Part shown: piece by piece, positions 1 through 8,286 of the stretch
How the letters are laid out: every line of letters begins with the position of its first letter
Position numbering within the stretch: position 1 is the first letter of the stretch
The notes under the pieces: model-generated
Told to the model about the DNA's origin: nothing
Database searches by the model: none
Seen by the model: only the letters and a program-made list of their open reading frames with translations
Program-made: the position numbers and the translations under genes
Virus genome (UHGV): UHGV-0205375
Source: a virus
Strand: one strand, 5' to 3'
Length of the DNA stretch: 17,062 nt

Positions 1-83
1 GTGACGCGGACATTATCCGGCGTAATGCCATTACGCATCCTGGCTTTGTGCCGGTGATCCCTCTGAAGGTGCCAGTGCAATGA
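1..83 (+). CDS. 3' end (27 codons) of an upstream tail-module gene, partial
   Basis: Open frame from the window edge to TGA at 81-83, which overlaps the next ATG (80-82) in an ATGA coupling arrangement. Too short to assign a family; by Mu-like gene order it could be the DNA-circulation protein. Confidence 0.3.
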   Translation, partial: DADIIRRNAITHPGFVPVIPLKVPVQ

Positions 84-1159
84 ACGACAATGTCACGCTA
101 CGGGTAAATGGCCGGGAGTGGAATGGCTGGACATCGGTGCGCATCGGTGCCGGTATTGAACGGCTGGCGCGGGATTTCAGTGTGGAGATCACCCGCCAGT
201 GGCCGGGAGATGAGGGTATTACCACGCTTCAGCCGCGCATTAAAAACGGTTCAAAAGTGGAAGTGCTGATTGGTGATGAGCTGGTGATTACCGGCTGGGT
301 GGAGGCGACTCCCGTTCGTTACGATGCCCGTTCGGTCAGCACCGGTATTGCCGGACGTAGTCTGACGGCTGACCTGATTGACTGTGCAGCCGAACCGACA
401 CAGTTTAACGGACGCTCGCTGGTGCAGATTGCGCAGGCGCTTGCTGCGCCTTTCGGCATTGAGGTGGTGAACAACGGTGCGCCGTCGGGTGTTATTCCTG
501 ATGTCCAGCCTGATCACGGTGAAACGGTGATTGAGGTAATCAACAAAATACTCGGTCAGCAGCAGGCACTGGCTTACGACGACCCGCACGGCAGGCTGGT
601 GATTGGCGGTATTGGCTCAACGCGGGCACATACTGCGCTGGTACTCGGGGAAAACATCCTTTCCTGCGATACGGAGAAGAGTATCCGGGAGCGGTTTTCT
701 GTTTACCAGGTGGCGGGGCAGCGTGCCGGAAACGACGATGATTTCGGTGAGGCCACCACCACCGCGCTGCGGGCCCGCACAGAGGACGCATTTATTGCCC
801 GTTACCGTCCGATGTATATCAGGCAGACAGGGCAGGCTACGGGGGCAGGCTGTATTGCCCGTGCGGACTTTGAAGCCCGACAACGGGCGGCGCGGACGGA
901 TGAAACCACCTATGTGGTGCAGGGCTGGCGACAGGGTAACGGTACGCTGTGGCAGCCCAACCAGCGGGTGATTGTCTTCGATCCGGTCTGTGGTTTCGAC
1001 AATACCGAACTGCTTGTCTCGGAAGTCACGTTTACTCAGGACCAGAACGGCACCCTGACGGAAATCCGTGTCGGCCCACCTGATGCTTATCTGCCTGAAC
1101 CCGAAGCCCCCGGCGCGCGGAAAAAGAAAAAAGCCAGAGTACAGGAGGACCCGTTCTGA
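80..1159 (+). CDS. Baseplate hub / tail protein, Mu gp44 (P)-like, phage GPD family
   Basis: 359-aa ORF with AGGAGG-type coupling to the next gene. First gene of a collinear Mu-like baseplate block (hub, V, gp46, J, gp48, fibre). Assignment rests on synteny and recalled similarity. Confidence 0.75.
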   Translation: MNDNVTLRVNGREWNGWTSVRIGAGIERLARDFSVEITRQWPGDEGITTLQPRIKNGSKVEVLIGDELVITGWVEATPVRYDARSVSTGIAGRSLTADLIDCAAEPTQFNGRSLVQIAQALAAPFGIEVVNNGAPSGVIPDVQPDHGETVIEVINKILGQQQALAYDDPHGRLVIGGIGSTRAHTALVLGENILSCDTEKSIRERFSVYQVAGQRAGNDDDFGEATTTALRARTEDAFIARYRPMYIRQTGQATGAGCIARADFEARQRAARTDETTYVVQGWRQGNGTLWQPNQRVIVFDPVCGFDNTELLVSEVTFTQDQNGTLTEIRVGPPDAYLPEPEAPGARKKKKARVQEDPF

Positions 1160-1707
1160 TGAAGGCGATTGAAGCCATGCAGCGACAACTCCTCGGCCTG
1201 ATTGGGCGGGCAGTGGTGAAAAGCATCAGTGCCACCACGAAATGTCAGACCGTGGATGTGTCCCTGATTGCCGGTGAACCCAAAGCCGGGATTGAACATC
1301 TTGAACCCTACGGTTTTACCGCAAGGGCAAACAGCGGTGCGGAAGCGGTGGTGTTGTTTCCGGATGGCGACCGTTCTCATGCGGTGGTTGTTACGGTGTC
1401 GGACCGGCGCTACCGCCTGAAAGGGCTGCAGACGGGTGAGGTGGCTGTCTATGACGATCAGGGGCAGTCCGTGACGCTGACCCGGGAGGGGATCGTGGTG
1501 GACGGTGCAGGTAAAACGATCACGTTTCGCAATGCGCCCAGAGCACGTTTTGAAATGGACCTGGAAGTGACCGGACAGGTGAAAGACCTGTGCGACTCCG
1601 GCGGTACCACCATGTCAGCGATGCGGCTTGCCTATAACGGGCATCGTCACAGAGAGAACGGTCAGGGCAGTAACACCGACAAACCGGATAAAGCGATGGA
1701 GGCATGA
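1159..1707 (+). CDS. Baseplate assembly protein V-like (Mu gp45-like spike)
   Basis: 182-aa ORF; its ATG at 1159 overlaps the upstream TGA (1157-1159), with AGGAGG at 1144-1149. Position and size fit a baseplate V/spike protein. Confidence 0.75.
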   Translation: MKAIEAMQRQLLGLIGRAVVKSISATTKCQTVDVSLIAGEPKAGIEHLEPYGFTARANSGAEAVVLFPDGDRSHAVVVTVSDRRYRLKGLQTGEVAVYDDQGQSVTLTREGIVVDGAGKTITFRNAPRARFEMDLEVTGQVKDLCDSGGTTMSAMRLAYNGHRHRENGQGSNTDKPDKAMEA

Positions 1708-2132
1708 TGGAACTGTGGCTGACGGTGAACGGTAAACGCACCTGCGCCAGTGCACCGCTGGATCCGCTGACCCGCGCCGTGGTGATTTCCCTGTTTACCT
1801 GGCGGCGGGCGGAGCCTGATGACAACGCCGACGTCCCGATGGGATGGTGGGGGGATACCTGGCCTGCGGTACAGAATGACCGTTACGGCTCCCGACTGTG
1901 GCTGCTTCAGCGCAGCAAACTGACCAATCAGCTGGTGCAGACGGTAAGGGGATATATCCGCGAATGCCTGCAATGGATGATTGATGACGGCGTGGTGTCC
2001 CGTATTGATCTGGATATCCGCCGCACCGGGATTAATGAGCTGGGTAACAGTATCACCCTCTGGCGTCGTGACGGACCGGTAATGATTTCTTTTGATGATC
2101 TGTGGAGTGCGATAACGCATGGCGGACAGTGA
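1704..2132 (+). CDS. GP46-family baseplate protein (Mu gp46 / P2 W-like)
   Basis: 142-aa ORF; ATGA overlap with the upstream stop at 1704-1707. Position is between the V and J genes. Confidence 0.7.
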   Translation: MMELWLTVNGKRTCASAPLDPLTRAVVISLFTWRRAEPDDNADVPMGWWGDTWPAVQNDRYGSRLWLLQRSKLTNQLVQTVRGYIRECLQWMIDDGVVSRIDLDIRRTGINELGNSITLWRRDGPVMISFDDLWSAITHGGQ

Positions 2133-3177
2133 ATTTCAGCGCCCGACGCTGGCAGAAAATATCAGTATGCTCCGTAACGATTTATTCGCCAGGCTGGACG
2201 TCAGCGACACGCTCCGGCGCATGGATGAAGACGTGCGGGCAAAGGTGTATGCGGCGGCGCTGCATACGGTTTACGGTTACATCGATTATCTGGCAATGAA
2301 CATGCTGCCTGACCTGTGCGATGAGTCCTGGCTGGCGCGACATGCTGCGATGAAACAGTGTCCGCGCAAGGGGGCCACGGCTGCCAGCGGGTATATGCGC
2401 TGGGAAGGTGTCAGCGATGGCCTGAAGGTGACCGCCGGGAGTGTTATTCAGCGCGATGACCTGGTTCAGTACACGGCAACTGCCGATGCAACCAGCTCCG
2501 GTGGTGTCCTGCGCGTGCCGATCGCCTGCTCAAATGCAGGCGCGGTCGGTAACGCTGACGACGGTACGGCATTAATCCTGGTCACGCCGGTGAATGGTCT
2601 GCCGTCTTCCGGTGTGGCTGACACCCTGACAGGCGGATTTGATACTGAAGAGCTGGAAACGTGGCGCGCCCGCGTCATTGAGCGGTATTACTGGACGCCG
2701 CAGGGCGGGGCTGACGGGGACTATGTCGTCTGGGCTAAAGAAGTGCCCGGCATTACCCGCGCATGGACATACCGTCACTGGATGGGAACGGGAACTGTCG
2801 GTGTGATGATTGCCAGCAGTGACCTGATTAATCCCATTCCGGAAGAATCAACGGAAACGGCGGCAAGACAACATATCGAACCACTGGCCCCGGTGGCAGG
2901 CTCTGATTTGTATGTGTTCAGGCCGGTGGCACATACGGTGGATTTTCATATCCGCGTGACGCCGGACACACCGGAAATACGGGCTGCCATCACCGCGGAG
3001 TTGCGTTCGTTCCTGCTGCGTGATGGTTATCCGCAGGGAGAACTGAAGGTATCGCGTATCAGTGAGGCGATTTCCGGTGCGAACGGGGAATACAGCCATC
3101 AGTTGCTTGCACCGGCAGACAATATCTCCATTGCGAAAAACGAACTGGCGGTACTGGGGACGATTTCATGGACGTGA
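2119..3177 (+). CDS. Baseplate J-like protein (Mu gp47-like)
   Basis: 352-aa ORF overlapping its neighbours by a few codons. Size and position are typical of baseplate J. Confidence 0.8.
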   Translation: MADSEFQRPTLAENISMLRNDLFARLDVSDTLRRMDEDVRAKVYAAALHTVYGYIDYLAMNMLPDLCDESWLARHAAMKQCPRKGATAASGYMRWEGVSDGLKVTAGSVIQRDDLVQYTATADATSSGGVLRVPIACSNAGAVGNADDGTALILVTPVNGLPSSGVADTLTGGFDTEELETWRARVIERYYWTPQGGADGDYVVWAKEVPGITRAWTYRHWMGTGTVGVMIASSDLINPIPEESTETAARQHIEPLAPVAGSDLYVFRPVAHTVDFHIRVTPDTPEIRAAITAELRSFLLRDGYPQGELKVSRISEAISGANGEYSHQLLAPADNISIAKNELAVLGTISWT

Positions 3178-3752
3178 CAAACGATGATTACATCCGTCTG
3201 TTGTCGGCACTGTTGCCCCCCGGTCCGGCGTGGTCAGCCGGCGATCCGGCGATTGCCGGTGCGGCACCGTCATTAACCCGCGTTCATCAGCGTGCGGATG
3301 CCCTGATGCGGGAGCTTGATCCGCGCACCACCACCGAGCTGATAAATCGCTGGGAGCGTCTGTGTGGCCTGCCGGATGAATGTATTCCCGCAGGGACACA
3401 GACCCTTCGCCAGCGTCAGCAACGGCTGGATGCGAAGGTTAACCTGACGGGTGGCATCAACGAGGATTTTTATCTTGCACAGCTTGCTGCCCTGGGCAGA
3501 CCAGACGCCACCATCACGCGATACGACAAAAGCACGTTCACCTGCTCATCGGCCTGTACTGACGCGGTGAATGCGCCGGAATGGCGGTATTACTGGCAGG
3601 TCAACATGCCAGCCGCCACCAACACCACCTGGATGACATGTGGCGATCCCTGTGATTCCGCGCTGCGCTTCTGGGGGGACACCGTTGTCGAGTGTGTTCT
3701 TAACAAACTCTGCCCGTCGCATACCTATGTGATTTTTAAATATCCGGAGTAA
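3168..3752 (+). CDS. Tail protein, DUF2313 family (Mu gp48 / YmfQ-like)
   Basis: 194-aa ORF immediately upstream of the tail fibre gene, overlapping the J gene stop. Confidence 0.7.
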   Translation: MDVTNDDYIRLLSALLPPGPAWSAGDPAIAGAAPSLTRVHQRADALMRELDPRTTTELINRWERLCGLPDECIPAGTQTLRQRQQRLDAKVNLTGGINEDFYLAQLAALGRPDATITRYDKSTFTCSSACTDAVNAPEWRYYWQVNMPAATNTTWMTCGDPCDSALRFWGDTVVECVLNKLCPSHTYVIFKYPE

Positions 3753-3755
3753 TCC

Positions 3756-4421
3756 ATGCATCGTATAGACACGAAAACCGCGCAGAAGGATAAGTTCGGC
3801 GCGGGTAAGAACGGTTTTACCCGTGGTAACCCCCAGACCGGCACGCCTGCCACCGATCTGGATGATGACTACTTTGACATGTTGCAGGAGGAGCTTTGCA
3901 GCGTTGTGGAGGCATCCGGTGCCAGCCTGGAGAAGGGGCGGCATGACCAGCTGCTTACCGCGCTTCGTGCGCTGCTGTTAAGCCGCAAGAATCCGTTTGG
4001 TGATATCAAATCGGATGGCACGGTGAAAACGGCTCTCGAAAACCTTGGTTTGGGAGAAGCGGCAAAACTTGGCGCTGCTGTAGGGGTAACGGGTAATACC
4101 GGGAGAATATTGATCCCGGCTTTAATTGGTGGGGTTGAACAAAATATCATTTTCCAGTGGGTCTCTGGATTTCTTTCCGATTCGACTGGAGTAGCAACCG
4201 TGACATTACCTATGGCATTTCCTAACGCTCTGTTTCATGCCACTGCGATTGACTCAGGTGCTTCTGCTAGCTCGTGGAATGGATCGGCCGGCACAACGTG
4301 GGGCTTCGATATTGGTGGCTCTACCAGAACGACAGTCAAAGTTCGTGTTTTAAGAACAACTAATGGGACTTCATGGGCGGGTGCTTCAGCTGCCGGTTGT
4401 TTATTCGCAATAGGTTATTAA
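3756..4421 (+). CDS. Tail fibre protein; constant N-terminal part (Sc) fused to the currently expressed variable C-terminal part (Sv)
   Basis: 221-aa ORF with GGAG 7 nt upstream. N-terminus [40 protein letters not shown] is the conserved e14/Mu-type fibre N-terminus. The inversion crossover site lies inside this gene at 4033-4058. Confidence 0.8.
   Translation: MHRIDTKTAQKDKFGAGKNGFTRGNPQTGTPATDLDDDYFDMLQEELCSVVEASGASLEKGRHDQLLTALRALLLSRKNPFGDIKSDGTVKTALENLGLGEAAKLGAAVGVTGNTGRILIPALIGGVEQNIIFQWVSGFLSDSTGVATVTLPMAFPNALFHATAIDSGASASSWNGSAGTTWGFDIGGSTRTTVKVRVLRTTNGTSWAGASAAGCLFAIGY
4033..4058. repeat. Left recombination site of the invertible segment (hix/gix-like, 26 bp, core TT at 4045-4046)
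   Basis: CTCTCGAAAACC TT GGTTTGGGAGAA; its reverse complement TTCTCCCAAACC AA GGTTTTCGAGAG resembles the hix/gix sites as recalled. A 24-bp perfect inverted repeat (4045-4068) pairs with 5625-5648. Confidence 0.65.
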
Positions 4422-4422
4422 C

Positions 4423-4839
4423 ATGAAAACAAGATACTTTTATGACGCCGTTGATAACGGATTTTATATTGAACCTGAAAGCAGGTTTATTCCTGAATCA
4501 GCTATTGAAATCAGTGTTAACCTCTACAACCAATTTGCTGGTATTGCCTGGCCTGAAGGTAAAATGCTTGGTGCAGATAGCACTGGACTGCCCGCATGGG
4601 TCGATGCGCCGCCTCCAACGCATGAAGAGCAAATAGCGGCGGCAGAACAATATCGCCAGCAACGGCTACAGCAGATTGACGAAGTAACCGCCGACTGGCG
4701 GGTTGAATTAATGCTCGGCGATATAAGTGACGAGGATAAAGCGAAATTGTCTGAGTGGATGGCGCATAAAAAAGCGGTGAAAGCCGTCGATACGTCAACG
4801 GCCCCTAATGTCATCTGGCCTGAACAGCCGGAGGCGTAG
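4423..4839 (+). CDS. Tail fibre assembly protein (Tfa family)
   Basis: 138-aa ORF directly after the fibre gene. The motif LPAWVDAPPPTHEEQIAAAE is shared with the opposite-strand paralogue (LPAWADIPPPTHEELIEITE). Confidence 0.8.
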   Translation: MKTRYFYDAVDNGFYIEPESRFIPESAIEISVNLYNQFAGIAWPEGKMLGADSTGLPAWVDAPPPTHEEQIAAAEQYRQQRLQQIDEVTADWRVELMLGDISDEDKAKLSEWMAHKKAVKAVDTSTAPNVIWPEQPEA

Positions 4840-5254
4840 GCCATTCAATATCTGGCGCACCGGAAGTATCAACCAGTTCCAGTGCGTCCAGATAATCCAG
4901 CCACAAATTATATTGCGCCAGTTCGTCACCTTTCAGACGACCAATAGCGGCTTTACCGGGCCATTGTTTACTGTTCATGTATTCGTTGGCCTGGTTAATT
5001 AGTAACTGTCTTTCTGATTCAGTAATTTCAATAAGCTCTTCATGCGTGGGTGGAGGAATATCAGCCCACGCAGGCAGCGCATCATCTCCGGCAATACGGA
5101 CTTTTCCTTGTGGCGGTTCAGCCATAAACTCACTGACAATATTTTGATTCACTTCTTTCACATCTGATAAATCCCATCCCTCTGATTTATATTTATCAAT
5201 CATATCCACAGGGAAAAAAGCATTATGTCTGGCACTATAAACATATTTGTTCAT
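4811..5254 (-). CDS. Alternative tail fibre assembly protein (Tfa'), in the inverted orientation
   Basis: Start moved to the internal ATG at 5252-5254 (MNKYVYSARH...), preceded by an AGGGTG SD-like sequence; 147 aa. Carries the Tfa motif and overlaps the 3' end of tfa by 29 bp, as in e14 and Mu G segments. Confidence 0.75.
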   Translation of the reverse strand: MNKYVYSARHNAFFPVDMIDKYKSEGWDLSDVKEVNQNIVSEFMAEPPQGKVRIAGDDALPAWADIPPPTHEELIEITESERQLLINQANEYMNSKQWPGKAAIGRLKGDELAQYNLWLDYLDALELVDTSGAPDIEWPTPPAVQAR

Positions 5255-5274
5255 ATAAATCACCCTGAATAAAA

Positions 5275-5643
5275 TTACTCGCCAACAGCCCACCAACAGT
5301 AATTCATGGTAACAGTTGGACTTGTCGAGGTTGTTCTAAAGGCAGAATAAAACCCTGTTAACCCTGTCTCTTCAGTTGTCATCATAAAACCACGACCACT
5401 CCCGGCAGTTGAACCACCATCACCAGAATGTGAAAGCAAGGCAATATCAGCTTTTTTAGGGAAAGGTATATTAAATTCTACCCGTAGTGTCTGACTCGCA
5501 AGCGTAGGAGACACACGCCCACGACCATATTGCAGGATTTTCCCGTTGGGTAATTTCATCCATCCATCACCACTGGCAAAAGAGGCCATGTCCGGTATCT
5601 GATTTTCCCCTGTCCCCACATCCCGTTTTGCCGCTTCTCCCAA
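5275..5643 (-). CDS. Alternative tail fibre variable C-terminal cassette (Sv'), promoterless until inversion
   Basis: 122-aa open frame whose 5' end (GEAAK...) begins inside the right crossover site and mirrors the ...LGLGEAAK junction of the expressed fibre gene. Inversion would fuse it to the constant part of 3756-4421. Confidence 0.65.
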   Translation of the reverse strand: MGEAAKRDVGTGENQIPDMASFASGDGWMKLPNGKILQYGRGRVSPTLASQTLRVEFNIPFPKKADIALLSHSGDGGSTAGSGRGFMMTTEETGLTGFYSAFRTTSTSPTVTMNYCWWAVGE

Positions 5644-5660
5644 ACCAACCTTTCAAATAT
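5635..5660. repeat. Right recombination site of the invertible segment (core AA at 5647-5648)
   Basis: TTCTCCCAAACC AA CCTTTCAAATAT. The inner half-site plus core is identical to the reverse complement of the left site; it lies 60 bp upstream of the invertase start. Confidence 0.65.
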
Positions 5661-5719
5661 TTTTCTGAATCAGGTGATATTTCGCCTCTTCTCCTGTTTT
5701 TACAACAGGAGAAGCACTC

Positions 5720-6283
5720 ATGATTTACGGGTATGTTCGTGTATCAACAAATCATCAGGATACAGAGTTGCAACGTCTTGCACTTGAGTCAGCTGGCTGT
5801 GAGCGAATTTATGAAGAATATGCCAGTGGCAGAACAGCTAATCGCCCTGTGTTAAAGGAATTAATTACGGTGATGAAAAGTGGAGATGAGTTGATTGTCT
5901 GGAAGTTAGATCGGATAGGGAGAAATGTGCTGCATGCGCTATTGATGTTTCAAAATCTGCACGAAAAAGGTGTTAATTTTCGGAGTATTACAGATGGCGT
6001 AGACCTGAAAACAGCAAGTGGTCGCTATAATTTCCGTAATATTCTTTCTGCTGCGCAGTATGAATCTGATTTGAATAGCGAGCGAACTTTAGCTGGTTTG
6101 GCTATTGCCAGATCCAAAGGCCGGATTGGTGGGCGTAGACCGAAGTTTAGCGACGAGCAGTGGCAACAGATGGGAGCGCTCATAGCGGCAGGGAAATCAC
6201 GGCGTTATGTTGCACGTATCTATAACGTTGGGCTATCAACCCTATATAAACGATTTCCTGTTACTGGCATTCAAACGAAATAA
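5720..6283 (+). CDS. pin: Serine DNA invertase, Pin/Gin/Hin family
   Basis: 187 aa with AGGAG 8 nt upstream. N-terminal YGYVRVSTNHQ (catalytic Ser), WKLDRIGRN, GRIGGRRPKF and a C-terminal HTH (VGLSTLYKRF) follow the Gin/Pin pattern, and the gene abuts the invertible segment. Confidence 0.9.
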   Translation: MIYGYVRVSTNHQDTELQRLALESAGCERIYEEYASGRTANRPVLKELITVMKSGDELIVWKLDRIGRNVLHALLMFQNLHEKGVNFRSITDGVDLKTASGRYNFRNILSAAQYESDLNSERTLAGLAIARSKGRIGGRRPKFSDEQWQQMGALIAAGKSRRYVARIYNVGLSTLYKRFPVTGIQTK

Positions 6284-6587
6284 TTTAAAAGCAATTTAAA
6301 GAGTTATTTGTCTAATGTTGGAAGCCGCAGCCACGTCGTATGCAAGAACGTGCTGCGGCTGGCTGGCGAACTTTCGATAGTGCGAGTATTGAATGATTTC
6401 CAACTGTTATCGATTTTGCGTATTTTTTGCATGAGAGGATTTTTACCTCCTCCCGCCGATCCTCCATGGCTTTACGCCTGTGTCTCTGGTCTGCTCTGTG
6501 CCAGAAGCGGACATAGCAGGTGCCAGATGCATTTGTTATTCTTCATTGAATTGAGCAGTATCCTTAACAGGAACTCTGAATACATAA

Positions 6588-7226
6588 ATGAAGATGAAAA
6601 ACATGTCTGAAGTGTTGACCCAAGAAAAGCTTATTTTTGTTGCCCAGAGACTAAAGGCCCTCGCGCAGTCAGGCCTGACCTATTCAAAAGACGTCTTTGA
6701 CAAGGAACGCTATGAAGCCTTGCGTGAAATTGCCGCTGGACTGCTGAGTTCGCAGTTTGATATTAGCCGCAATGATTTGTTTCATGTATCGGAAACGGGT
6801 TACGCGACGCCCAAAACAGATGTGCGTGCGTTTATCCTGCGTAATAATCGTATTCTGATGGTGAAAGAGGCTGCAGATGGATTATGGAGTCTTCCTGGCG
6901 GATGGGCAGATGTTGGAGATACACCTTCTGAAGCTGTGCGTCGAGAGGTCGAAGAAGAAACCGGATTAAAAGTCAGAGTGACTAAACTATTGGGAGTTTG
7001 GGATCGTAATCTTCACGGCCATCCGCCTTTACCCTGGCATGTTTACAAGCTGATTTTTCTCTGTGAAGAAGTAGGTGGCAGCCTGTCAATCAGCCATGAG
7101 TCACTCGATGCTGATTTTTTTGATGTCAACGACCTGCCTGAATTGTCGCTTTCAAGAATTGTGCCTGAGCAGATTGCTGTCAGCCTGAGAGTAGCGAAAG
7201 GTGATGAAAAAACATGGTTTGATTAA
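6588..7226 (+). CDS. NUDIX hydrolase with an N-terminal helical domain
   Basis: 212-aa ORF with a Nudix box GGWADVGDTPSEAVRREVEEETGL (G-x5-E-x7-REVxEExGL). The start is ambiguous among ATGs at 6588, 6594 and 6603; substrate unknown. Confidence 0.75.
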   Translation: MKMKNMSEVLTQEKLIFVAQRLKALAQSGLTYSKDVFDKERYEALREIAAGLLSSQFDISRNDLFHVSETGYATPKTDVRAFILRNNRILMVKEAADGLWSLPGGWADVGDTPSEAVRREVEEETGLKVRVTKLLGVWDRNLHGHPPLPWHVYKLIFLCEEVGGSLSISHESLDADFFDVNDLPELSLSRIVPEQIAVSLRVAKGDEKTWFD

Positions 7227-7255
7227 CTTTCTTCTGCAACCATTAAGGAATGGCA

Positions 7256-7894
7256 ATGATATTCAACGCTAAGGGTTTTTTATTCGATATGGACGGTACG
7301 CTGGTTGATTCAACAGCCGTAGTGGAAAGCGTCTGGAGAGATTTTTGTGCAGAATACGGTCTTGATTCTCAGGCTGTGATTGCTTACGCACACGGGCGGC
7401 AAACGATTGATACACTAACGCATTTTATTGGTGCAGGTGAGAAAACCAATAAAATCGCGGCCTCACTCGAAGAGGTTGAAATCAACACGACAGAAGGCGT
7501 TACTGAAGTAAAAGGGGCCGCTGCACTCTTATCAAAACTGCCACCGGATAGCTGGGCACTTGTCACTTCTGCAGGCAGAATGCTTGCCGAAAACAGGATG
7601 AAAGCGGCTAATCTCCCCTTACCCAGAGTAATGGTGTGTGCAGAAGATGTAATGACGGGAAAACCAAGTCCCGAGGGTTACATCAAAGCAGCTTTGGCTT
7701 TGGGCCTTGAGCCTGGTGAATGCGTGGTATTTGAGGATGCATCTGCGGGTATAAAAGCAGGGCTGGCAAGTGGAGCTTCGGTAATAGCTGTTCAGCCTGA
7801 CGCTCTGGGAGCATCTGAAGCCCATGCCGTCAGCGAACTGTCTGACATTATGGTCAAGATTTCCGGAGAACGTTTCAATATCATCTGTGGTTAA
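7256..7894 (+). CDS. HAD-IA family phosphatase (beta-phosphoglucomutase-like sugar-phosphatase fold)
   Basis: HAD motif I FDMDGTLVDS at the N-terminus and an acidic motif (VVFEDASAG) near the C-terminus. Start placed at the second ATG (7256) because AAGGA at 7244-7248 is then 7 nt upstream; the ORF track starts at 7250. It lies 23-29 bp after the NUDIX gene, so probably co-transcribed. Confidence 0.8.
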   Translation: MIFNAKGFLFDMDGTLVDSTAVVESVWRDFCAEYGLDSQAVIAYAHGRQTIDTLTHFIGAGEKTNKIAASLEEVEINTTEGVTEVKGAAALLSKLPPDSWALVTSAGRMLAENRMKAANLPLPRVMVCAEDVMTGKPSPEGYIKAALALGLEPGECVVFEDASAGIKAGLASGASVIAVQPDALGASEAHAVSELSDIMVKISGERFNIICG

Positions 7895-8226
7895 TCACGT
7901 TACACAATACGCATCAATGGACGCTGAGTAGTTCGCGAGTTTTAAACTTCCAACGTCCGCTTTTCGCTCATAACAGACATAAACTTCAGTTATGGCATAA
8001 AGGTATGCATGCTGGGTGGGGAAAGTATGAAGGAAAAGAAGACTGCTGCGCCGTTTGTCGTCACGTTTATCTTCATTGGCTATGCAAGTCGTAATACAAG
8101 GTGGGACAAAACTGAGACACATAAGGCCTCGCAATGGCTTGCAAGGCTTTACATGTTTTGATGTGGTGGGACGTGTGAGCGCAGTGTTGATGGGGTAATG
8201 CTTTGAATTAGAAGCGGATTCTTATA

Positions 8227-8273
8227 ATTCGTAATGCGAAGGTCGTAGGTTCGACTCCTATTATCGGCACCAT
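8227..8273 (+). tRNA. Partial tRNA-Thr(CGU) gene: 3' 47 nt only (anticodon loop through CCA); attachment-site core, not a functional tRNA
   Basis: ATTCGTAATGCGAAGGTCGTAGGTTCGACTCCTATTATCGGCACCA contains the anticodon CGT, T-arm GGTTCGACTCC and acceptor 3' end with CCA, matching the 3' part of enterobacterial thrW as recalled. The upstream 80 bp has no D-arm or 5' acceptor half. It sits 13 bp from the 3' end of the integrase gene. Confidence 0.7.
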
Positions 8274-8286
8274 TTAAATCAATAAG

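Larger units (their letters stand above)
4045..5648. other. Invertible DNA segment (G-segment / e14 P-region-like) carrying alternative tail fibre C-termini and their assembly chaperones
   Basis: Flanked by 24-bp perfect inverted repeats at 4045-4068 and 5625-5648. Contains Sv and tfa on the + strand, and tfa' and a promoterless Sv' on the - strand. A serine invertase gene lies just outside the right boundary. Confidence 0.75.

Noticed and set aside
251-971. Antisense and out-of-frame ORFs (251-589, 540-791, 603-971, 617-883) inside the baseplate hub gene
   Set aside because: They lie wholly within the well-supported 80-1159 CDS, have Arg/Pro-rich low-complexity translations typical of GC-rich off-frames, and have no RBS or coupling signals.
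6308-6610. 100-aa ORF in the invertase-NUDIX intergenic region, and the hairpin at about 6323-6358
   Set aside because: The translation is low-complexity with no RBS and it overlaps the NUDIX start. The hairpin (GCCGCAGcCACG ... CGTGCTGCGGC) has no following T-run on either strand, so a terminator call is not supported.
7895-8134. 79-aa minus-strand ORF between the HAD gene and the att fragment
   Set aside because: Cys-rich low-complexity translation with no RBS in an AT-rich intergenic spacer; likely spurious.
8150-8273. A complete tRNA-Thr gene
   Set aside because: Only the 3' 47 nt match a tRNA; the upstream 80 bp has no D-arm or 5' acceptor-stem sequence able to pair with the 3' end.
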